DNA of 64,000 nucleotides from the NCBI GenBank assembly GCA_051294905.1, contig CM119378.1, positions 1,178,001-1,242,000 on the forward strand, read 5' to 3'. The stretch's first letter is position 1, and each line of letters opens with the position of its first letter. Positions 40,101-55,100 of this stretch are shown here, one piece after another. The position numbers and the translations under genes are program-made. The stretch comes from Botryllus schlosseri (Eukaryota). Under the pieces are notes generated by a model, which did no database searches, was not told the origin of the DNA, and saw only the letters and a program-made list of their open reading frames with translations.

Positions 40101-43100
40101 TTCCTACACTTCGTAAAAGCCGGCCGAAAAAGCCGCAAGTTCAGAAACTCAAAGTCGGAAATAAATTGCCCTGAAAATCCTCGCGCTATCTATCACACTT
40201 TATGGCCGTTAAATTTATCAGACTTGTCAGTTTATGGTAAATATAGATTGATGGAATGGCGGCTTGGTTTTGCGCCCGAAATTGAGAAACTCGAACAGAT
40301 GATTTATCAGCGCCGTTAAGCACCGCCCCGTGCACATCACACGAGGTACAAAATACTTTCTCGCGAATACATACAAGTTTTATCCGAATTTGGAAAAGTA
40401 TATCCACTATACATTAAGTTATTATAAGGGCGAGGTAGCAGTCAGTTGAGATTCACCCTGCTTTTAAACCACGGGCGGCCTTTGGCCTCGAGACGCGCCG
40501 TTTTTCCGATCCTATCAAGACCCGCCATCGTGAGAAACCCGATCATGCGAGAATTTGGCTGCCCGCAAATTTCGATGCTCACACTTGACAGAGCACGAGT
40601 AAATAAACCAGTTCGGGCCGAATTATCTAGTACCGTTACGATACATTCGCATTGATCGAAAGCATATTTCATGGCTGCTCTTCAAAAACTGCAAGTTTAA
40701 AGTTAAATTCAGCTCAGCGTTAAGTATTACATACCAAACCATCGATAATTCCAAGTCGCAACAAAATAATAGTGTCGAATTGTATATTGATATTGAGTTA
40801 ATCCCGAATATTTTCGGCTGACACTCGTCATGGGTAATCGTCAGCAACTAGTAAAGAATTGGAAAGAACATTGTATATCAACAATCGTGTCACGAAAAAT
40901 CACGTCACCAGCATGAAAATTCGAATATTCCAGGCAAAGAGGCAATTATTGATATGCAATGTTCTTTTCAATTCTCTACTAGTTATTGACGATTACCCCT
41001 GACGTGTGTCAGCCGAAACTATTCGGGTATATTTCAATATCAGTAAATCATTCAATTGTATGTTGAATTCTTGTCAAGAGTCTCTTTAAAAGAACAGTTT
41101 TACGCGATTTTCGTTTTTAACGCAATCGACCCAAGCATTACTCACACCAATACCTCACGACCTCGGCTTGTTATGGGGCTTTGCCGATCTCGATTTGCCG
41201 CCCCCTAACTGCTGTCTATCTCACCCTACATCTCTCAGGAATCCGATAGGAAACGCATGTTTTTTTGCTAGCGGTCGGCAGAATCAACCCGCAGCGTTCT
41301 TAATTCGGGGGCGTCGCGGAAATGGACGATCATCGCGTTACTAAGACGGTTGCCGGTATCGGAATCAAACAGAAACGAAGCAGGGAAACGTGCCGAACGC
41401 GCAAAAGCCATTGAAACTTCAATCTCGCGTGACCGTGTTTAGCCGCCTGATCGCGACTCGAATTTTCGAGCGGTTGATATCGAATGACTTTGTCTGCTCT
41501 TTCTCATGTTGACGGACATGCCAGCAGAATGCCGAAATACTCGGGTAAAATGTGGTTTGGAGCTTAAAGGACGCGGTGAGGTCACGTTGGCTGGCCTACG
41601 TTGACGTGATGGAGACGAATGACGAGCTTTATCGCGCTTGCAGATGATGTTACCATGCGAATTTCGGTATTCTGGTAATTTCGTTAATAAAGACCAACTC
41701 TGAGTATCAGGTACCGCGGTTAACGAGAAATTTGTGAATCCTACGATAAAATTGGGCCTGATTTCAATTCAAAACACGCGAGTAGCCATTGGAATGCAAC
41801 GCAAGTTTTGTGACAGCAGAATAAATCATTTATTATATAACTTAGTATACAATTGCATAGTATATTCATAACGAAATAAACCCGAATATTTTCGGCTGAC
41901 ACTCGTCAGGGGTAATCGTCAGCAACTAGTAGAGAATTGAAAATAACATTGTATATTGTAGAATATAAACTGTGTTATGTCAATGTCGGTGTTTCTCAGC
42001 CTCTTGGACTGGTAAACCGTATTTTTTTTAAGAACGGTGACTTGTACGTTTGTTGGATTCTATTATTCGGAATACCGTCTAATATCGTTAATTGCACTGT
42101 CGATTTTTTGTAAAATCATGTCTGAGAACTCTGCTTAATCTTTACATATTACTGGTAGTGGGCGAGTTTTAGATTAATTTTAAACAGTTTGGCACAAAGT
42201 GGCAGGATTTTGACCTTAGATAAAGTCGAAAATACAGAAAAAACTCTATTGCTTCTGTAAACATTATAAATTGATAAATAAGTTCAAAATTTGGTGTTTT
42301 ATTTCTCTAATTATCGGACAAGCCTACATCCTCTTCCATTTTACAAATGTCGATAAAATTGAAATATATTTGGCTATAGATTACAAGTTTATGCAACCCA
42401 TTCGGTTTTCTGACCGCGGTAGTTTAGATTCGTAACAGGCGTCTGGACGCGTTTTCGAAATCCTAAGCCTGTTTTCATGTAAGCTGTCACACTCGACGGC
42501 CCGTTCATGTGTTGCCGGTCGTGATATCTCTCCCTCGATTGCTCTCAATTAAAAGACTAACGCCGGGCAGGCCCCATTAGACCCTGGATTAACTCAAGAA
42601 TCCGCCACTACGCAAAGTAATAGCTCCATTAGACCGACATCTTAGCCAGCTGAGTCATGAATCAAAAGCTGCAATTGATTTCAAACGCGACCCGGGATTT
42701 CTGACGACGTGTTTGCCGAACCACTGTGACGACATACCGCCAACAAAACTCGTATGACGACAACTTCCACAGAACATGTCTACAATCGATATCAGATACT
42801 TGAACGAGTTTCAAATTACACTCAAGCACAACTCAGATTCCATTCAGTAACACTCACTATTTAGTAACATCAAAAAACTTTCAACTTGACAGAGATTTAT
42901 TACGAAGCGGACACTCGACGGCCAGACCTCTTGATCCGTTTGGGAATGGAATTTCGCGTCGGATATTTTACGTTATTATCAAACAACACTTGTATTAAGC
43001 TTGATGGAGTATGACTCTGTCGGATCCGACAAAATAGATCAATACACACTTTCCCACGGCCCGTGTCAACGCAACATTATTACGACTCACGGTCAAAAAT

Positions 43101-46100
43101 GTTCGAGGCATTTTTCTTCCATCGCGTTTTATTATGACAACAAAAAACTAATACTAATGGTGTGCGCGCACACAGTGGCCGGGTTGGTCTTAACACGCCA
43201 CCAAAACTATATTTAGATCAGTGGTTCCCAACCTTTTTCGACTCATCGCCCCCTTTTGAAGCTCCACACCGATCATCGCCCCCCAGATATTTGGAACCGC
43301 ACTTCGTCACTTTGAAACAGCACTTCGTCAGTCCCCCCCCAAAAAAAAACGTTGGTCTTTGGCCCCATAGGGTGATAAACCAGACCCCATCAGCCAGTGG
43401 ACTTTTTGTCGCTACATATCAGCTATACCCAATTTCATGTACTGTTTGGTGAGTCACCGTATTTCGCCTAAGCGCGACAAATTTGTATAATTCATGTTTG
43501 AATCGTTCAATATGGTCGATGTGGTATGTTGGAAAAGGTAGGACCCCTAAATAATAGTTAAAAATCTTCGGGCGGAATCGTTGGTATATTGACGTCTTTA
43601 CATGATGCTATTTCGTGACCTATATCTGCTATGTCAGAAGATATGGAAATCGTCAAAACGTACCAAACTAAAATACGCACATGATTTCATATTGGTACTT
43701 CTTTACTGGCAAATTATTTTTTCCTTGCGGAATGAAATTTGTCCTATAGGGTTAAGGTAGCCAGGACAGGAACATTCGACGGCAATCATTGAGGTGCCTA
43801 CGGACAATTCAACATATATGTGTAATGTGTATATATCGAAGTTTTCGGTCTTCTCGCTGCTGATCGTTCTGGCACACTTCTCGGAGTCGCATGTTACATG
43901 GCCTCTAACTTCATATGTCTTGGTGCGTCGTGGCGCAGTAATGGCCGACGCCGAAGTCTCCCATTTCCATAAATCATGCGTATTTTTGTTGGGTGACAGG
44001 GACCCCAACATCAAGATAAATGAAAATATTAAAAACCGCGCAGCGAGAAAATTTTTTGAAAAAGTCGCATGAATTTCTAAAAAATTACTCTATCATTCAT
44101 GTTAATTCACGAAATAAATAAGGGATTCCTTCGATTTTGGGCCCCTCACCCCCAATCGGGGGGTTTGGGATGCGGTAGTTACGGTCTCGACTCCAATATA
44201 GCCGTTTTAACGCGACATCGCCCCCTTCGTTGTTTTCGCCCCCCTATCGCCCCCTTCGTCCGTTTTCGCCCCCCTATCGCCCCCTTAGATATTTTCGCCC
44301 CCCTAGAATGCCAAATCGCCCCCTGGGGGGCGATATCGCCCACGTTGGGAACCACTGATTTAGATGAATACGACCCTTCTTAGCGACCAAAATATGACCA
44401 CATAACATATATCCATTATTTCCAAATTATATCAGAATTAGAATTCTAGCAACACATTTATTTCCAAATTACAGAATTGGAATTTTAGCTACATAATTAT
44501 TTCCAAATAAGGTTAGAATTAATGAATTCGTGAAAACTCGGAAAATAAATAGAGTTCAGTTCGTAACGAATCAGAGTTCATTAACATAAACAAGTTAATG
44601 ACAAATGTCTGCACAGCAAGCCTGGCTACACTATACAGTTTTACTGCAGCATTGTCAGGAATTATGGAATAATCAGCAATTAGTTTATAATTACAATGAG
44701 ACTGAGAGCGTAGGAACATATCGCAAATTAGACTAGATTTAGATTACCGGTATTTCGCTGTAATGCGTGTATTAGACAACCAGAATGATCGAGTTATCTA
44801 ATTATCCACAGCACTACAGAACTATACTCACTTTTTAAAAATCTACCAAAACTTGACCTAAAACTACTCAAAAAACCAGTCGACAGTCAACTAACGAGAC
44901 GGTATAGTTTGTACATATGCAAAAGTCTGAAGCAGACAAATATCAACATTGGTCAAAATTTACGCAGGACAGAACAAATGAATTTTACGCGGGACCCATG
45001 ATAGCCTATGTCTGCGTTTTGACAATTATTACATCGCACCGGACGACGGATTAGCGTGGCGTTTCCGGAGAGTCGGAGACGCGCGAATTGGCTTCCGCCC
45101 TATCGGAGATGGACCCTACTGTGCTAAAATCGACCTTCGGACCCAACGCGCTGGCAATTTTATTACGACCCCTGAACATATAGGAAGTCCAACCGTTGAA
45201 AATTTGCTTGGTACGTGGTACGTTACGCAAATGCGGTAAAAATAGTCAACGTCGATACTCAAGTAGTAGTCATGACCTAAACTTATACTCAAGTACAGCA
45301 GAAGTAGCAATTTCGAAGTAAGTAAAAGAGTCGGTATCATAGGCCTAATTTTGCCTAAGATGAGCAATAAAACAATGAAAACTGTTAGGTAGAAGTAGTA
45401 GACAAAAAGTGGAAGAAATCATAGCAAATTTTTCACTCTATTTCAAATAGAATTAGCGATTTTTAAGTCAATAAAAGAGTGCGTATTCTGGGCCTAAGTG
45501 TTTGCATAAAGAACAGAAAACTGTTAAGTCTTAGTGGAATTCTATTCTTAATATCATAGCCTCTTGAGTACGAAGCGCGAGTAAGCAGAACATGCTAGAG
45601 TACTCCGAAACAGCTCGAAATGCCGGTAGTCTAATTCTAATCTAATATCTGTATAGCTCGAAAGCGTCAAGCTTGCTGTTGTACAGATATTTGCAATCCT
45701 CGTGCTTATAAGGATGAACGCTGATTTGATATTACCGGAACTTGATCCTATGTCCAAGTTTTCGCGAATTCAGTAAGTCTAATTCTAAATCTAAGTTAGA
45801 AAAACTGTGTGGCTATATTCTAATTTTAATGTAATTTGGAAAGAACTGTGGAGCTATAATTCTAATTCTACTCTAATTCGAAAAAAAAATGTGTACCGGT
45901 AGCTATAATTCTAATTTTGATGTAATTTGGAAATAACTGTGTGGCTATAATTCTAATTCCACCCTAATTTGGAGAATAAACTGTGTAGCTATCATTTTAA
46001 TTTTAATGTAATTTGGAAATAACCGTGTAGCTATATTTCTAATTGTATTGTAATTTGGAAAAAAAGACTTTGTAGCTGTAATTTTAATTCTATTCTAATT

Positions 46101-49100
46101 TGGAAGAGCTGAATAGTTTCTAATTGTCCAAGTGTGCTTGCGGTGTGACTTCATGAGGAACTGAACTGCGCGTGAAGAATTCCTGTCCCGTGTTTGTATA
46201 AGTCGGCACGCGAGCCGACATCGTAAATTTGAGACGTTACAACACGGCCATTACGGTGAATAATAGACGGAACCGAACCCGTCACGAAACAATAACGCCC
46301 ACTTCGAATTGATACATTCAATCGAACGAACGTAATTAAGCCTGATGAACGCGGGCGGGTTTCTGTACTACATTGATGACTACGACTCGACGCTTTGTTA
46401 TGTCACGGAGAACATCTTTTGACAAATCGCCGAGTGATTGTCGATTATTGAGGGCACAATGCCTTCGTCTGGTTTGTTGATTTAACGCCATCCGTGGGAA
46501 ACTGCAGCTAATCCACTTCAGCCCGGCAAGTGTTTGACGGGCGCACACAGATCTTAACCCCTTCTAGCGCTTTTGTAGCTATTTTCTCTTTACAGAATCG
46601 CGGAAAAACGACAATTCATGACGTAATTGGTCAATATAATGGAAGGTTTCGCGCAAAGGTGAATAAATCAAATCGAATGGGTCGACTCACTTGCATTCAA
46701 ACGGCTTTTCGCAACTTCCATGCTCGGCGCTACAGCCCGGTTTGCATCGAGCTGCAAAATAAATTTGTGTGTGAAACATAATCGCTAAAGTATGCAATTG
46801 AATATTATATTCATATTGAATTGAACCCGAATTTTTTCGGCAGACACTTGTCAGAGGTAATCGTCAGTAACTAGTATAGAATTGCGACAGAGAATAATCA
46901 CTACAACTCCGGCGCATCTGGGTAGATAAGTACAAATCATCAAAAGCGCGGTTAATCAGAAAATCGCGCGCAATTTAATATTCTCCCCTCCGACAGGATT
47001 CACTTCACAATAAGTCGATTTATCATGATATTAATATTTTTAATCATAAATCATCTCTAGGATACCGTTTCGCGGGCGGTTGTCGGGCGCGGGGACGCAC
47101 ATCGGCAAAACTCACGTCTGCAAACATAAGGTAGGAAACAAATGTCACCCGCACGCGATAAAGCGCCCGACATCTAAGAAGCCACCTAGCCGAAACGCGA
47201 CACGTACCAATTTGACAAAAGATTGCACGAAATCCTGTAGCAAGGCGATTTATTACGCCTGAGAATTCGTCTGTCTAAATTACACGGGGGCGTCATCGAC
47301 GGGGGATACCCTTTTGGTCGACAGCAGCGAATTCCGATCGGAGAGAGATAGAGAATCTTTATTTGTCAAATCAATAACATATATAACAAAACTGCAATAC
47401 GGTGAAATATGATATATAGATAACCAGGCTAAAAGCTCTGTATAACATAGTTATCGAAGCCAGCTGCGACTTACTACAGAAGTGATTACCCTCAAAACTT
47501 CCGATTAACTAACTGAAAATACAAAGAAATGAAAAAAAACAATGAATAAAAAATAAAAACACACAGCATCATGGAAGCTAAAAATTAAATGATTAAAACA
47601 AGGTCATTGCAAACACAACTTAGCGGTAGCGAATCATCCGATTTGACGCGCAATAGAACAATCAATGTAATAAATGCAAATCAATCTGAATCTACTACTG
47701 TGGTGCAAAAGACCACCGCTGCTATAAGCACCATAACATGATTTTATTAATAAATAATAATAAAACTACTGTATGATGCCAACTCGCAAACCATAACATT
47801 TGTCACGCCATAATCGCAATAAGATCGATCGCGTTTCGAAACAGTGATCCTATTAGTTCAAGTCAAATCACGTATCGGCTCTTAGCGAGAAGTTCTGGGT
47901 CAAGCGATCATTGTGACGAAAGACAATGGGACCGTATTGGCAGTCGCCTGCTAGCTGTCAATTTGAAACGGCCGCCTGTAGCTTTGCACCGCGCCTTATC
48001 GCGCGAAAGGGACGCGTTAAAAGGGTGGTTGACGTGATAGAGCGTGTCTTATCTGCGACGCAACACATGGCGGGTCTTCTATTCGGGTGAATAACACGCG
48101 CGAATGTGACAAAAAAACGCGCGGATCAGCGTATCATTTTTCAAAATTTTGAAGCCCATTTTTGAAATTATGAGAAAATCAAGTTTTTGTAAAATTTAAT
48201 CCTGTAAATTAATCCTTTCAAAATCTGTAAATGGGCATAAGTTACTCTGATTCCAAACTGACGATTTTAGACAGGCAGACAGACAAAAAAAAGACAGACA
48301 GACAGACAAAAAAAAGACAGTGAAACGGTGGACAGCGATAAGACCATTAACTGGTCACATTGTACACTGCACGTACAGTGTACTGTGTACTGTACATGTA
48401 CAGTCATATTTCCGCTTGTATGTTTTAAATATTATTAAATGTCGTAAAAAGTATGATGTAACAATAAAATTTCAAGAGACTATTGGAGGTACACAACTTC
48501 AATACACAATTGAATAGTATATTCATATTGAAATAAACCAGATATTTTCGACTAACACTCGTCAGGGGTAATCGTCAGCAACTAGATGAGATTTCAAAAG
48601 AACATTGTATTGTATATCAACAATCCTATTTGGTGATGGTGATATGATTGTTGGTATAAAATTGTTCTTTCCAATTCGCTACCATGCAGTTGCTGACGAT
48701 CAGCCCTGTAGAGTCACGAGTGCCACTGGGGAGGGCCTAAATGAGAAAGTCTTTCCTTGTACTGAACGCATCATGAAGTATTCGATACCGCGATCACAAC
48801 ACGCTACAAAAACAAAAGGTAACCAGATGCCCACTATGTATAACAGCGACCTCTGAATCGCGACATTTACGGGGAGAAAATTATTCCCATTCATCCCCAT
48901 TCTTTTGTGTGACGTCACGAGGGAGATATAACGTGTCCTTTCAAAATTCTATTCTTTTCAGCGCCGATTAGTCAGCCGCATTAATACCAGACACTTAGCG
49001 GAGTTAAGTTTCGGGGCGGTTTCCTTGATCTCGGGACAATATCGAAGGTATCTCTGTATACTGGACACCAATGTCGAAGTAAAGATATATTATCTGAAGA

Positions 49101-52100
49101 CCGCCGATGTAAATAGTTATCCATCACAGTGTGTGACGTCATACAGTCGATTCTCTCGCCGAGAAAATGTCTGCAGGCCTTCAAATTTTGGAATGCTCAC
49201 ATACCACACCAGATACCACCCTCCGTCAATTAATTATACGGAGATATCGGCGTTTGATATGTCGGGGGCCCAAATATATCAGACAAGATACGCTACGACG
49301 CGTCGTAGCGGCACAACAAGAAGCAGACGCAATATGTTCTGATCAAAAGCTAGCACATACTATCTCTTACAATAAAAGCTGTCTGTTAAAGGCACACTGC
49401 ACTCTAAATACTATGTGGTCTCAAATTAAAGGTTAAAGTACCGGTATAAGAAAAAACATTTCAGCAGCAGACATTATCCGAAAAAAGCCACCGCATTTGA
49501 ACTGCAGCTAAAATATGGTATCAAGGGCACGCGTCATCACTTTTCCATTCGAAGTGACGTCATAAATACTAGATAACCTTTGCACAGATAATAATATTCA
49601 TCTTTTAATGTTTTATGAAACAAGGTAAACATAGATGTTTGTTTATGACTGGTACCTTAATAAAACCAAATACTCCAATGTACAAAGTTCTCAATTTCGT
49701 TGAAATACGCTATTATTTTCATTGTGATATCTATTTCCGTTGCGTAAAGTTTAACGAAAAGTATTTCATCACCTAATATGTTTAACAAATCAAAGTAAGC
49801 ACGGATGTTTCTGTAATTACCTTTATCGCATTCGGGTCCCATCCATCCGTCCATGCATTTTTTATTCCCGTTATGATCGCACGTGAAATGGCCGAACGTA
49901 AAATCCCTTGGTCGACAATACTTGGTGCAGTTAGATCCGTAATAATGCTCTTCGCATCGCACGCGCACTTTGCATTCGATGTGCGCCGATGCCCCGTTGA
50001 ACTGTAGGGTGTGCCATTGGTCGCCGGGGTTGAGAATCTTGGTGTGGACTACACGGCTGATTAGTTGGCTGTCTGGCGAGTGGTCTGAAGGGAAATTAAG
50101 TCAGTTTAACGAGTTTAGCTATAATTGATAGCAGGGCTGGGCAACTAAAATATTTTTAGCTTTCTCGAAAAGTGTTATAGAATTAGAAGGACCGCATTGC
50201 ATTACTTATTGAATTTAAATTTGAATTGGAAATAAAAACAACAAAAATCATTGTCTTACCGGTAGTGTTATCCTTGTCGAGCGCTTCCAAGATCATGGTG
50301 TACGTTCTCTGCGAAAAAAAACCGTCAATTTTGAGTTATTTCAGTCGCGTTCCGAGGTGCTCAAAGTATAGTCAGCGTTGCTGCTCAAGTAACCTACAAG
50401 TAACACCGCAAATTTCTACTAAATTACGAGTAGAAGTTGCCATTCTTAAAATTTTCACTCGGTCGCCACGACAATTCCACCCGCAAAAGTGACGCAAACC
50501 CTCCGAAAAATCAGTAATTTTGCTTTAAAAACCGATGAGCAGAAGCAGAATATTCAAAAGTACTGCAGTTACTCAAACGCTATATTTGAGTACTCCGAAA
50601 ATTGAGTATTCGTTACTGACCAACAGCGGTCGCATTGTGGATGATGTCACGCCGTAAAAATAGACCCATCAACTACCCGCGTACCGCCCTCTTTACTGCC
50701 TATAAATCATTGGCTTATTTCGTCGCGATGCAATGAATCAAACATTGACCGCCGACATAAAGAATGTCGTCATCAAGGATCACGGCGTAGTTTGTGTTAT
50801 GATCGTGGAAGTGGACCGACAGATACGCGTTGTGACTTGCAACAAGGCGCACTTTCGTTTTATAAACCCGAGTCTATTATTTGCACAACGACTCCCTGAC
50901 AGCTACGCGCGGGTCGCTGTTCTGTTGTTGTTGTTTTAGTATTCAAGGTGTGTCGACTACATCGGTAATTCAACACTAGGCCGATATTCTTGATCCTAAT
51001 TGATGAACTACCGAATTTTAGCGGGCGCACTTCCGTTCTAGGCCAGCGGTTCACAAACTGGGGTCAGTATACAGTCGAATTTATAATGCGATTCTATAAT
51101 AAAGGTTTGAGTGCGAAATAACTGACTTTATCATTAGTCCTTAGTTAGCGAATGTGTTGAACAAGTGGTTCTTGAACGGGCTTCACGTGAACCCTAGAGC
51201 CAGTTTCAGGAGTTCGCTGAAGGTCAAGACACGCACCTGACCTATATACCAAAGAATTCACATTAATTTGCAGTAAATATATTTTTGTTTTGTGCGAAAA
51301 ATATGTTTTAATGGTTTTATTCTTTTAACGCTGTTACTGATGAGCAGTTCATTTTGTGCTTTAGAACTCTGTATTAATGTATTAGATGTGTGATGTCGTA
51401 TATTTTTGTTTTTGTGACTAGAGACGAGGCGAAAATTTTGGGTTTGCCGAAGGCTTGCATTAGCGTAATGGTTCGCCGATGTTAGTAAAGGTTTAGAACC
51501 AATGTTTCAAACATTACAGCTGTGCTTACACCGTACTAGAAATACAGATTATTACAAAATCTTTCAGCATTAGGCTTTGCGTGTTGTTTTTTGCATTTTT
51601 ACAGCATCTTTTTGATTTTTGAAGGGCCGCGAAATATCGGGTATGTATTGCGGAGTCGGTATCTGATACCAATTGGTATTGCAACTGTGGAAGATGGTTG
51701 TTTTAGATGCACACCTATACTGCGGTTGGGGACGCATAAAGATGGAGCTCGCTAATTCACAAGGTAACGAAATCATCATTGTTTCGAAGCGGTTTATTAC
51801 AGCACAACGCGGTTCATTTTCCTCGAAAGCCTTATTTCAAGTTAATCACGACGGGGGAAACATTTTTTACAAAGCGAATCGCACCTGTTTTCGATACTTA
51901 TTGCAATAGTAAATCTTTTAATTGCGACTTCACAATGTAAAACTAGCAATTTCCGAGCGTCTGGATATTGGAAGCGTGAAAAAATCGGTGAGAAAATCAC
52001 GATCCTAAAAATGGTAATTTTTAATTAGCGCCGCACAAGAGAAGATAGAAGGTATAATCACGGCGATTAATACACACGGAAGGTCAACAATTACGCCATA

Positions 52101-55100
52101 CTGACTGGCTTGTGATCTGTCTATTGTTATTTTACTCGAATTAATTTCGGGTTAAATGTTGTGTAAGGCGAAATCAATTTTCGGAATCAGTTCAAATATG
52201 TGCCGCGACAAACAACCTGCGATCAGTTCCGGGTATCAGGACGCTTCCGGAGAAAACTTACACAAATTACTAATTTAGTTAGTTGACGGTCAACTAACCA
52301 CTGTTTTTTCAGTAGGTGTAGTACTAGTTGCAGATTTTTTAAGGGAGCAGTTCTAGTTGGGCATTTTGAATACCCAATACTTAGTACAAGTCGGTGTCCT
52401 GAGTCGAGAATCGAAAAATTGACTGACAGATCGTGACCTAGGCAAATACTCTCAATATTGGCGACATACTAAAAGTACCATCGCAATAATTATTAGCTAC
52501 ATAAGTAGCGCATCAATACCACTCTCCATAGTGACACTGAGCCTATGTTATACGGAGCCAATTCCCGGAGATAGCCATTGAAATGAAGCACATGAATTTT
52601 TTATCATGGTCGACAATGTCGGATGACAGTTGCCATTCATTAAACTCACATTGAGATTCGATAATATGCTCGCCGTCATTCACGTGTGCCCGACCATTAA
52701 CTTGTTATGTCGACCGCAATAAGTGGCGCGCGCAGAACTATTGCGACCCGCCACTTATGTCCATTGTGACGTCGCGTATTCGCAATTCATACACCGATGA
52801 AACATGAAATAGTTTCACCGCATATATATCGCGTATTCTTCTTTAGAGCCCGACCGATATCGTATTTTGAGCCGATACCGATAAAACCGATAACTAATCT
52901 AACACCTTCACCGATAACCCCGAGATATTCAACAAACATTCGAAAGATACGACATCTAACTTGCGGCGCGTTTCCAAAAGTTCTCGGCGTTTATTTGAGC
53001 AGCTTTGCAGCTATTGCTATACGCTTGAACACGAAATGAACTAGAAAACCGCATCTGGACACATATAAGCAGAGTCGGCCAATAACGAAGCACATCTACA
53101 TTTGCTACTCAAGTGGATTTTCCCTTCTTACAGTAATTAATGGAGTGGTTACGATCTCAGACTACTTCTACTACACAGTTTTCAGTTTGTAAGCGAAACT
53201 AGACTTGGAATTCTTTATTGAATTGTCTTGGTCACCGCGAGTGTTTTTGTGACATTACTAATGTGTGCCACGGGATTTACAACTAGATAATTCAAGTCGT
53301 ATAATTATACTAATTAGAGCGAAACACCGGTAATCTAATTCCAATCTAATTTGTGAAATGTTTCTTTACTCAAATTCTAATTCTGATCAAGTTCCCGGTT
53401 TCCGTGAAAATGCTGTGTTGGAGAACCGTATAGCGGGAAACCAGTCGAGCTTGCTGTACGTACAGTCGTACACGCATTTGCCATTCCCATGTTCATGAGG
53501 ATGAAATCTGATTTGATATGAACTGAACTGGGTTGAATGTCCAAGTTTTCGCGAATTCAGTAATTCTAATTCTAAATTAAAAAAATCTATGTAGCTATAA
53601 TCCTAATTTTAATCGAATTGAAAAAAAACTGTGTAGCTATCATTCTATTTCTAGTCTAATTTGAAAAAGCTTTTCTTGGTTGTCCGAGTCTGGTGTGACG
53701 TCACCAAGGTGAACAGTAGCATCGACGCTTTGGAGCGATGTTCATTTCCTGATTTACACGTCGCTCGACGCGCCCACCAAATAACACGAAATTTATCAAC
53801 GAAATTACGACTCATTACACAAAATTCACCGCCGAAGCTATATTGGTCGCGCGTCCCCCGATTTTGGTTTCGCCCGGTTAGCGCGCATCGCCGTTTGCTT
53901 TTCCCACGGTCTGGGAGGCCGCCACTTTCTCTTAAACCGCGCCCGGCCTGTTTCTTCAAGTTCCCACTCCGCGCGGCCGAGATGTTATCTTAGTCATGAA
54001 TGGCCGGGCAAAGCCGCAGCTTTAACAGAAACCAAACTTCGGAATTAACAGTTGCAGGTCCACGATTTTTACGCAATCGGCGCGAGAGCGATTATAAAAC
54101 GCGGCCCGAAACGCGAACCGATTCCAGGCTATTGGAAACAGGCAAGTTTCAGTATATTGCAAGTTACAACTAGGGCCTAGGCAAAATCGAGTGTACCCGA
54201 GTCCGAGTGATTCGATTCTGGATCGAGTTTCAGGCTTCGAATCGAGCCGAGTAAACGTTAAATAACAAAATGAACGCGAACGTGTGACGTTACAGAACAC
54301 CCTAGGTCACCCCGCGAGCAAGGATTGCAATAAATAGACTTCGTATTCGGTAATGAGACTCGATTCGAATCCCAATGCTATATTGTTCAATGAGAATTCG
54401 AGTATTAGGGAGATCTCGTCACATTCCCTGTGAATATTGCCGGGATAACAGTCGCTTATCGTTGTTTTACGTTATCTTCCGGAACTTTTCATTCGGCTAT
54501 CATGCCGCTTATTTCCATAGGCCCGGAATACTTACTTTTTAAATAATGGGAAATTGAAATTCTACTTGTGCTCGAGTAAAAATTTACGATCCTACTTCTA
54601 CTTGAGTACGAACGACGGCTACGTTAAATCCTATTACTTTGCATTCACTGTGCTTGGCCCATAGTTACGCGTTCAAGGACAAGATGCATGCATGATTGAA
54701 AGACTACTTCAAGTTATCTGGAGTCTCGTGTTTTGAAATGGTGGAATTAATAATAAACTGAAGCGTGATGGGCATCGTAACTGGGAGACGTTTGCAATTG
54801 TATAATATATTGATATTGAAATCAACCCGAATATATTTTCGGCTGACACTCGTCAGCGGTATTCGTCAACGACTTGCAGAGAATTGGAGAGAACATTGAA
54901 CAATACGTATTGTACGCTGATTCCAACAAGTCTCAAATATTTTGAGGTCACCACCAAGCTAGTAGATCCCGTCGGCGGAGTCAAATTTATGCAGATAGCA
55001 ATCAAGTCAGACGACGAAATAATCAACCTCGAATGTCTCATGACGTGGCGTAATATCGAACACCTTCGTTAAGTGAACAATCGAATCACACTTCCTAGAG

